Part shown: piece after piece, positions 28,030 to 38,089 of the stretch
Position numbering within the stretch: position 1 is the stretch's first letter
Layout of the letters: every line of letters starts with the position of its first letter
NCBI RefSeq assembly: GCF_006345805.1
Contig: NC_043001.1
Span: 56,420,001-56,484,000, forward strand
Origin: Octopus sinensis
Lineage: Eukaryota
Length of the DNA: 64,000 nucleotides
Reading direction: 5' to 3'
Position numbers and translations under genes: made by a program
Notes under the pieces: generated by a model
Databases searched by the model: none
The model's input: the letters and a program-made list of their open reading frames with translations, nothing else
Told to the model about the DNA's origin: nothing

Positions 28030-28260
28030 TAAAATTCGGATTTATTCCATCAAAGTAAATATAACAAATAATCCAGAATCCTTGTCCGGTGCCGGATCGA
28101 TCCCAAAAGCTAATCAGTTCGTGCCAGTCATAAGGTCAAACATCTTCTGAAAGTTTCATCTGAATCCATCCAGCGGTTCTTGAGATATCTTATCCACGGA
28201 GAAAGGAACAGACAAACACAACTGAAAACGATACCTCCGCTTCGCTAAGGCGGACGTAAA
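28030..28260 (+). mobile_element. possible non-autonomous Helentron/Helitron-like repeat
   Basis: Ends in a GC-rich hairpin acctccgc-ttcgctaag-gcggacgt followed by an A-run, resembling terminal hairpins of such elements. The 5' end is undefined and the family assignment is from recall only. Confidence 0.3.
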
Positions 28261-29042
28261 AATATACTCAGCATAAGATTACATGGTCAATTCCATTGTA
28301 AAAGTAACTTAAAGACCAGGAAGCATCATGGACGTAGAAAGTATGACAAACACTGTTAGTGCTTGTGAAAGTCTTGTGCAGAAATAGTGCAAGCCGAGAC
28401 ACGACAGGTTAGCCCAAAATCTTCACTGGCCGGAAGTATGGATATGAGGTGCTTGGTACTAACATCAGCAAAGATGACCTTACAACTAAGACTGAAAGCT
28501 CAATCATCACTGCCGACGACCAAGCATTGAATACCAACTCAGTGAAAAGAGATGTATACCACACAAGTGCAACAACTTCTGCGGAATGTGTGGGAAGAAG
28601 GTAGAAAGTATGACAAACACTGTTAGTGTTTGTGAAAGTCTTGCGCAGAAATAGTACAAGCTAAGACACGACAGGGTAGCCCAAAACTTTCACTGGCTGG
28701 AAGTATGGATATGAAGTAAAGGGTGCTTGTTATTAACATATACCGGCAAATGTAATGGACGAAAATGGGAAGGCAAAAGTCCTCTTGGACTTTGACTTTG
28801 ACACAGTATACAATAAGTCGAGGGGGAAGAGGAAGGTATCTATTTTTACTCTTTTCAATCACTCCCATCATATTATCTCCTTTGCCATAGCCACCAGACA
28901 GAGGAAAACTACCTTTCCTTCCTGGTCAAAAGATGGCAGCAGGCGAAAACATTGGAGATGTCGCAGCCTTAGCGCATGTCTGCGCATCATTAACCAAGGT
29001 AAGCATGCCTAGTATTCTGCTCAGCAGCTGTTGACAGCAGAT

Positions 29043-29440
29043 GGACGGTGTCGCCATGTGGTAAGAAATTTGCTTCCCGACCACATAGCTCCGGGTTCAA
29101 TCCCACTGCATGACACCAAAGAAAGTGTTCTCTACTGTAGTCAGGGACCGACCAAAGCCGTTTGAGCGGATTTGGTACTCGGAAACTGAAAATAATACTT
29201 CGTATATATAAATGTCTATGACTATGTGTGCATTTCTTTGTGTCTGTGTTTGCCCCTCCATCACCGCTTGACATCCAGTGTGGTGGGTTTACGTCCCCGT
29301 AACTTACCGGGTCAGCAAAAGATGTCCGATAGAATAAGTATTAGGCGATAAAAAAAGTCCTTGGTCGATTAAAACTAAAACCATTCAATGCGGTGCTCCA
29401 GCATGGTCACAGTCAAATGACTGAAACAAGTAAATGAATA
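29043..29440 (+). mobile_element. SINE family A (diverged full copy)
   Basis: Head gtggtaagaaatttgcttccc...gggttcaatcccactgc, internal TA/TG tract, tail gcggtgctccagcatggtcacagtcaaatgactgaaacaag. Confidence 0.85.
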
Positions 29441-29486
29441 AAAGAATATATATATCTATATATGTATATATGATTGTATGCATGTA

Positions 29487-29526
<40 letters not shown>

Positions 29527-29984
29527 TGTGTTTGTGTGTGTGTATGTGTGTGTATCTCTATGTATCTGTCTCTTTGTGTATGCATTTGTCCCTCAGTACC
29601 AATTAACAATCGGTGCTGGTTTGTATACGTCTCCGTAATATAGTGGTTCGGTAAGAGCACCCAATAGAATAAATACCAAGATTTAAAAATAAGTACCAGG
29701 GTCAATTCATTGGTCGGAGTCCAAAGACTGCAACGAGTAAAAGATAACAGTTGCTGATTTAGGTACAAAGATAGCAATATTAAGGAGAAAGATTAGTTTC
29801 TACCACCGACCCAAGTACTTGTTTTATCGACATTGGTACGATAGGTTTGAAATAACAGCATAAAGAGCCGTATCTAATTACTGCAACACATTTTGTCCTA
29901 TGCTTAAAAGATTCAACCATTTAATATTTAGGTAATAATAGTAATAATACCAATCTTTACTACTTAAGGCCAGTAATTCCGCAG

Positions 29985-30331
29985 GAGGTGTACAGGCAAA
30001 ATCAACTTTGGCGGCATTTGAACTCAGAACGTAAAGTCGGAAGAAATGCCGCTAATTATTATGTCCGGCGTGCTAACGATTCTGCCAGCTCGCCGTTTAC
30101 AGTTAATAGTAATATTGGTTTTAAATTTTAGCACAAGACCAGCACTATAGGGTCAGTGACTAAGTCAATTACATCAACTCAAGTGTTCAACTGGTAATTA
30201 TTTTATCAATACCGAAAGAATGAAGAGCAAAGTTGACTTCAGCAGAATTTGAACTCAGAACATAAAGACGGAGGAAATATCACTAAGAATTTTGCCCAGC
30301 ATTCTAACGATTCTACCAGCTCAACGCCTAA

Positions 30332-30365
<34 letters not shown>

Positions 30366-30385
30366 TATTATTATTATTATTATTA

Positions 30386-30428
<43 letters not shown>

Positions 30429-30640
30429 TAATAACAATAATAATAATCCTTTCTACTACGGGCACAGGGACTGAAATTGTGGGGGAGGGGGCTAGTCGAT
30501 TACATTGGAACCAGTGCGTAACTGGTACTTATTTCATTGACCTCGAAAGGATGGAAAGCGAAATCGGCCTCAGCGGAATTTGAACTCAGAACGCAAAGAC
30601 GGAACGAAATGCAGCTAAGCATTCTGCCTGCTCACTGCCT
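29985..30640 (-). mobile_element. cluster of three SINE family B copies
   Basis: Minus strand shows heads ggcgagctggcagaatcgttagc...gttctgagttcaaat (tRNA-like A and B boxes) and the shared core, separated by (ATT)n tails. Copies at about 29985-30110, 30115-30330 and 30445-30640. Confidence 0.75.
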
Positions 30641-31011
30641 TCTGATAGAGTTATCATTATCGTCAAGTTAGTAGTCATACATACAGACATTTATAATTAA
30701 CCTAGTAATAATTGAATAGATTTCTGAATAAAAGAAGATAAACAGAAACACCTTTTAATTACCTCCCTTATCTAATTCTCACTCGTTTCTTTAATTTTCC
30801 ACCCAAATCATTAATTGTTTAGAGAATTAAATTTATTAGATTATTTCTTGATTTGCTAACATTTCTCCACCACCGCCACAACCAGCTCCCATTTTGTTTG
30901 CTTTTTATATTTGATACTGATTTTAATACTGTCAGCATCAGGATAATGAAAAGATAGTTATTGTTGTTTTTATTGTTGTTACTGCTGCTGCTGCTATTGT
31001 TGTTGTTGTTG

Positions 31012-31052
<41 letters not shown>

Positions 31053-31156
31053 GAAATGATAGATTTTTTTTTTCGATTAATATTCATAATGAAATCTCTG
31101 TTATTGGCTTTCCACATTACTGTTATTTAGTTTTGCTTTACAGATTATGATGATAC

Positions 31157-31192
<36 letters not shown>

Positions 31193-31686
31193 CGACGACG
31201 ACGACGGTGATGGTGATGTTGATGATGGCGGCGATGATGATCGAACAGGTGGTAGTGGCGATGATGGCATAAATACCGCAAATTATCAAAAAGTTACTGT
31301 TGATTTTATATAGGAATGTTTACGCCACGTAGTGTGTGTGCGCGCGTGTGTGAGTGTGCATGCGCGTGCGCACGTGAATGGTTGTGTGTGTATTTATGTC
31401 GCTATTAATTTTGTTTATGAATTTCATTACTTACATAAAAAAAACTTTTCGATTTTGAATCAGTCGATACATCCAATTTTCTTTGAAATTTCTTTGCAAT
31501 AAACATTCAGGTACTCTTATGCAAAAAATTAACCAGTCGACAAAGCAGGTGCAAAACTGAAAATCAGTACAGAGTTCGATAATCCTTAACTTAAATCTGT
31601 TCAATATGGTGCTTCAGTATGACCACAAGACAGTCATTGAAATCATTAAAATAACAGAATAATATACCTTTCAAAATTACGGAACA

Positions 31687-32089
31687 TCTATAGTAATAAA
31701 AGAGAAATTCTGTCTGTCCGTCTGACCGGGACCCCTGTATCTCAGTCTACATTTGCTCTATATAGACATATTGTAAATTGTGAGAATTAGGATGATCCCA
31801 GGATTGAAAATCTGCCCTTCTTTTTGGTTCTGGAACATCCAGCATTGGGATTAGGCCTGGAAGAGTGCTTGTTATATGCTAATAGTTGAAAATACAAATT
31901 TTAAAGGAACTCCAAGAATTTGTGAACCTATAAGTTTTTCATTTAAACTGAATTTAAAATAATACCATATTGGTAGGGTACCAATAAGTAAGTGCTTTAT
32001 TACTGTTGTCCCGTTTTGGGCGGCAGGTCCAATTAACCCTCCGCAGGAGCTAGCTTAAAAGTTCGCCCGGAGTACGGCTTTTAAGCTAG
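31687..32089 (+). mobile_element. non-autonomous Helitron (403 bp)
   Basis: Begins A|TCTATAGTAATAAAAGAG...tctgtctgtcc and ends GC-rich gcccggagtacggc...CTAG|T. It sits between A and T with no TSD, as established for Helitrons. Confidence 0.75.
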
Positions 32090-32204
32090 TATTCAACAAA
32101 TATGTGATTAACAGTTTCCTGTAATATTTTGTAAAAGTCAAATTAATGCAATTTTCACAAGAATACTTTTTTATTAATAGCAGTCTTTTATATTTTATTC
32201 GTTT

Positions 32205-32420
32205 CAGTAATTAGACAGCAGACATGCTGGGTCACCATCTTCAAGAATTTGTAGTCGAACTAATCGAACTCTATAGTTATATTTTTAAAACCTGGTACTT
32301 ATTCTATAGGGGTCTTTGCCGAACCGCTGAAGTTATGGGGACGTAAACACACCAACACCGGTTGGCAAGCAGTGGAGGGATACAGACACGGGCACAAGTA
32401 CACACACACACAAACACACA

Positions 32421-32474
<54 letters not shown>

Positions 32475-32501
32475 CATGTATGCGCACACATATATGTATA
32501 T
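32205..32501 (-). mobile_element. SINE family A 3' half plus internal microsatellite (split copy)
   Basis: acttattctatagggg...gccgaaccgctgaagttatggggacgtaaacacaccaacaccggttggcaagc is the reverse complement of the family A body; the matching head is at 33563-33690. Confidence 0.75.
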
Positions 32502-32726
32502 GCTGATCGGTTCGCGGAACACCTCCGAGACATTCAACTCGGCAATGACACCCCGATCTCGCGCCATTTCCGCTCTACCGGTCACTCTTTGCAATACCTG
32601 TCCGTGCTAGGATTGTCCTTGTACAGGGGCCATCCAGACTCCCGTTTGCGCCGTGAACAGGGATTAATCTTCTCTCTTCACTCCTTTGCTCCACATGGGC
32701 TCAACTTTCCTCCTCTCTTCATCTAA
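32502..32726 (+). pseudogene. C-terminal end of a Penelope-like GIY-YIG endonuclease
   Basis: In a frame not shown in the track: ADRFAEHLRDIQLGNDTPISRHFRSTGHSLQYLSVLGLSLYRGHPDSRLRREQGLIFSLHSFAPHGLNFPPLFI*. This fits the RFxEH...HF...H...R..EQ.LIF.L....P.GLN pattern of PLE endonucleases. Confidence 0.8.
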
Positions 32727-33435
32727 CCTCCTCCCCTCCCCTCTCTCTCCCTCACACCTACCTCCTCCCATCCACTTCCCCTCTCTTGTTCCGACTCCTA
32801 TTTCTCTTCACTCCTACTCTCCTTCTCTCTTCTCTTCACTCCTACCCACCTTCTCCTTCCCACCCTTCATAGTCATCCCTCCCTCGTAAGCACACCTCAC
32901 CCTACACATTCCACTCCCACTTTTCCTATCCTTCCCCTTCTCACCCCAGCCATCCCTTACACCCACTCCCATATACCCCCACCTCCACCCCACCCACCAC
33001 CTACCCACATACCCCACCACAACCCCTACCCTCAGCCTAACCCACACCCACTCTTGCTTTCCCCACTCTCGCCTCCCCCACCTCCCAACACCATCACACC
33101 ACACCACACACCACTACACTTTATACCACCATACCACACAACACATTACATCACAACACACGACCACGCACACATCAGCACTGACCACTTTCAGACCCAC
33201 ATTTTCACACCTACACATACACACACGCACACGTCAAGATCACCAGCTCTCTTCCACACGCACATAAAACTCTTTTATACATACGCACGCGCACCTTCAT
33301 TTTGGGATCACAACTACTTTATTACCTTCTCTTCTCTCTAGCTCTCCTGTTGGACCCTTCTGTCCGGCATTCGCCAGGATAGATAGCTAGCCACTACACA
33401 TTCTTTATTTTCTCTCCTTGTTTCTTTCTGCGTTC

Positions 33436-33471
33436 CTTTCTGTAGATGAGCGTAGGCTCGAAATGTTAAAG
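33436..33471 (+). ncRNA. degenerate minimal hammerhead ribozyme
   Basis: CTTT-CTGTAGA-T-GAGC-gtag-GCTC-GAAA-TGTT-AAAG: same layout as 617-651, but with A6 to U in the core and a CpG-type C to T change in stem III. Confidence 0.5.
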
Positions 33472-33562
33472 ACTTTTTCACTTCCCGAGTGTTATACTAA
33501 TACAACTGTTTGTTGTCTACACCACCTGTCTTCGTCTTTTGTCTTTTTGTGAATTCCCCCTA

Positions 33563-33690
33563 TATATATGCGACGGGCTCCACGAAATCCACTCAGAAGA
33601 CTTTGGTTGACCGAGGTTGTAGTAGAAGACACTTGCCCAAGGTGCTACACAGTGGTAATGAACCCTAAACTATGTGGTCTGGAAGCGATG
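33563..33690 (-). mobile_element. SINE family A head (split copy)
   Basis: gacgggctccacgaaatccactcagaagactttggttgaccgaggttgtagtagaagacacttgcccaagg is the reverse complement of the family A head. Confidence 0.75.
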
Positions 33691-36613
33691 AAAATTAAGG
33701 AATATTTGGCTGCAATTCGAGTGACCACATCGAGCCAGTCTTGTTGACTATAGGGGTGATATTGCAGGACTGTCCGCAGTTCTCTTGATTTTTCCATCTC
33801 AACAATTTTTTAATCTTATATTGGAGACAGTATAATGTACAACGTATTATGTACTGAAGTAAATATTGAGCTGTATATATTTTTCTACTTACGTTTTAGT
33901 GTACAAATTTATCTTTTGCCAAATTTCGCCATTCATTTCACCAGGTTTACTGATTTCAGTACATTAATATGTCTAGAGTTCGTCTGAAATTTATTACTTG
34001 CATCCCTCTAGTTTAAACCAACATAATGTAGAGTTAAAAGAAATTGTTATTTTTATCTTAAATACAATTGTTTGTTTCTGAACCAAAATCATTTACTTTA
34101 TTCTATGTGAAGTAGTTTATGTTTCACTCCAAAAGTGTTCATTATTTAGCTTTCAAATCTGTCGGTACACATTTTCCCTCTCATTGACATTTGATTAGTT
34201 AGGAAATGTTTTTAGACATCACATCTTAGACAACTTCGATACTGTTGGTAATATTAACAGTGAACATCATTTGTACGATTTCTGCAAATTACAGAAGCTT
34301 TAGATATCAAAATGTGCAGCTGACTGAGGAAGAACAAAGTAAAATTAGATATAACTTTGATTTTTCACTATTGATTTTCTTTGATGGTTTAGAGTTTAAG
34401 AGTTCAGATCAAAAGAAAATGATAACACACCGACAATAGAAAGAATTAGGCGTGGGTCACTAAATAAAAATTCTTTATATGGTATAAAATCTTGATAAGA
34501 AACAGAGCAGTTTCTGTTACTTTGGACCGTGGTTTCAATTTCATTCTCAACAACTCAGAAATCCAATGTTTTACGTGTTATATTTTTATTCTCACATTAT
34601 TTATTTATTTATTTATTGTTGTTTCTATCTTTGACAGAAATTCTATACTGAAGATGCTGTTGTGTACAGTCTGCTATAACATGATCAAATCTGTTCCAGT
34701 CATAAGCATGCTGTCATTTATTTGGAAATTGTATACCTAAGATAACTAAATCCGATATGTTCCTCCCTCTTCAAGATTGTAAGGTGTAATTTGAAGATTT
34801 GGTTGCTATCTTAGACAAGTAAAGCTACCATTACTTATATATACGCTGACAATTTCTATGAAACTACATGCTGAAGATGTATATATTTACATGCAGTGTG
34901 TAACATGGCTTTAGTCAGTCTACATAAAGAAAATACAACAAAACGTCTGAGATATCTGAGGTGATCGTAGTGATGACAATTAGATAACACAAGACAAAGA
35001 GAAATGATGAAGAGGACGGCAAAATGTAGTTGAAAGAACAGTCAATAGAAGCTACGTGAGGAATTTTGGCAGGTTGTTGCTGCTGTTATTATTTTTGTTG
35101 ATTAGTTTGGAAATGCTGTTCTTGTTTGAGTCCAATTTAACTCATATTAGGCAAAATTATAATCAAAAGTATTCCACCCCGTCTTCCCCCCTCCCACCAG
35201 GCACTGTGCACCTACGGCTACATTAAGAAGAAGAAATTCGAGAAGTTTAGCTGTTATTTCTAGCAGCTCCAGTGACTTATTGATATCGCTGTTGTTGTTA
35301 TGGGTGGTGGTGATGAAGATGTTGGTGAGGATATTGATGAAGGTGAAAATCGAGGTTGTGAGAATGATTGCGATGAGAACGATGTTGCTGTATGACAACA
35401 ATGATGGTGGTGGTGGTGATGGTGGTGGTGGTTTTGAAGAGAGTGATATTACGATGACGATCTCATTGACGATGATGATACTTCTGACAACAATGATAAT
35501 GATGTCGGATATGATGTTCACTGCGTTCACATTGATGTTGCTATTATCACTTTCAAGTGACAGTAGCAGCAACTAGTGGTAAATATGCATACACATGCAT
35601 AAAGCATGCATAAACACATGCATGTACAGACATAAACACATTCACACAAAAAGAAACTAGAAATACAAACAGTGGCAGAAACAGAATAAAGAGAAACCTC
35701 GATCACTCCAGGGTTTTCCCTTAAAACCTACATTGAATGATGAATCTGCTGTTCAAAGTGGAATTCTTGAAGCGGAACCATGAACCAAGCATTTGAATTT
35801 CTTGATGGATGAGAATCCGTGCTGCTAACTGCGGGAGATTCCTGAAACAAAGACCGTGCGTTTTATGTACATATATTATAATGACTGGGTTATTCTATAA
35901 ATTTCTTAATCTACTAGAAATAGCAGTCAAATCTCTTCTAAACCATATTCCACAGTCTTAGAAAAAGGAAAAACGCATTGGATGAAGTAGCCCACTTTAA
36001 AGACAGATTCTACTCATTCTCTTTGGCATCGTCTTTATTTTTCAAACCTTCCTTAGGTTGTTAGTAGAGTTATCTCCCATAGCTGTTGTTTTATTTTAAA
36101 CATCTATAAACGGAGTTTGTGCCTATTAATTGCATTGGTAATGTTTGTTAATCAAAACTTTAAAACCGACCATTGAAGTAATGGTGGGCGCTCCTTTAGA
36201 AACGTACCTTTCCAAGAAAATGAGATGCAATTAAAAAAAGTTATGAAAATGGAAAATATATACAAAATAAATGATGTCTGCAGAAAATTAGAAAGATACA
36301 TCCATTTCTAAATATTTAATGCTAAAACATAAAACGGAAAACGGGCTCTCGCGAATATAAACAAACAGGTCAGATGATACAAGGGAAGGTAATTTGCTTT
36401 TACCAGTCAAGTATTATTAATGATACGAGAGGCCAAATAGCCACTGAGTTATATGTTCTATAATTTATTCTCTCAGTAAACTTAAGACAAAAATAAAAAT
36501 AACAAAACTTGCATACGTCTTAAACATATTTAGTCTATTGTTTTATAGTTATTTCTATCGTATACCACAACATCATAAAATGGGCGAAGGTAAAACGAGT
36601 GTACACCACCTAT

Positions 36614-36798
36614 CCTTAAAACTAATCATAGCCCTAACCCTAAAACTAACCCTAACCATAACCCTAAGACTAACCCTAACCCTAATACTAACCCTAACCC
36701 TAAAACTAACACTAACTCTAACCCTAACCCTAACACTAATCCTGAAACTAACCCTAACCGTAAAACTCACCCCCATCCTAACCCTAACCTTATCCCTA
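36614..36798 (+). repeat. degenerate interstitial (CCCTAA)n telomere-like tract
   Basis: About 30 in-phase hexamers: CCCTAA interspersed with AACTAA, GACTAA, TACTAA and CACTAA variants. Confidence 0.85.
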
Positions 36799-38089
36799 AC
36801 GAGTGTGCACAGTAAAAAAAATCTGATTAAAAACAACCAAGAATTTGCAAATGATATTGTCGGGCTCCTCGTATCATTAATAATACCTGATTAGTAAAGG
36901 CAAATTATCCCCCCCCCCGTGTATATACAGTCATGATGACCACAACTGGAACACCTTTGTAGGATCGGTGCTGGAGTTAAAGATCGTGTTTAGTCTTTTT
37001 TAGCTTCGAAGATTATCAAGATTTCATCCCAGCGGAACTTCTTAAACAACACCAATATAGAACTCCTGGCCTCTTCTCTGTTCATAACTTCCTAGACAAG
37101 CGGCAAGGCACATCAATGTGACCAGGGATGCAGAGTATTGACCAGGACAATTTACGCAGCTATCATACATGTAAAAGCGATGTTGACTAAGACATATGTT
37201 GCTCTTAATTTTAGCATTTCTCAGTAGGTTACAATTTCTTTCCAGCAATATTTATCCTCACTTAAACGTGTATGTTCTGTTTGAACAAATGTTGTATTAG
37301 AACTATACTGCAGTAGAAACTCTCATATTGGCTTTTGGTACAAAATGCACTCTTGCTATATCGCTAACGGGGAGATAAAGCCCTGCCACCTCCAACGCCG
37401 TGACCAGCAGATCACGCCATTTCAAACTTGATGTTATCAATGAGGGACGCTTGATAAATATCATAAACAGAACATCCATGCTTAAGTGGAGATAAATATT
37501 ACATCTGGGTTGTAATACTGCTTCTGTTGCTTATATATAATTAATTCACGTTTAGAGTCTATTGATTATTAATCGTTAGGATTAAAATTCTTACTGACAT
37601 GGAAAAATTTGATCCGTATGGTTTCAGTTAGAAATATGGGGTATATTTTCAAATATTGAGCACTCGTGCCTTTGAACACCTAATTATTTTAACAGGTATG
37701 ATAACTGATTTTACAATATAATAAAGAGTATAACTATTAAAAAATACAGTAACCTGATTACATTGCCCAATGGGAAATTGGTTACTATTTTTAGCCGGCT
37801 AAGACAAATATTTTGAGACTCCATCACTGGTATTGTAAGACAAATTGTATACATGCAGCAATAAATATCCTGCACTTCTGGCTTCACATGGGAGATCATC
37901 AGGAAGCGTCTTTGATGAGGGATTTACAGAGGTTTAAAGACATCCTATTGGCATAATTCACTTCTTTTTTGAACACATGCTTTGTGTAGTTACTTTTGCT
38001 CCTGCACTTAACAGATACTGTCTCAATATCAGACGGTAATCAAAAGCTGTATGATATGTATGTGTGAGTAATGTATATGATATATGTAT

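Larger units (their letters stand above)
32502..33562 (+). mobile_element. 5'-truncated Penelope-like element (GIY-YIG C-terminus, C-rich 3' region, pLTR)
   Basis: Coding remnant, low-complexity C/A-rich tract, then a pLTR with a hammerhead-like motif and T-rich tail ending at (TA)n. Confidence 0.8.
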
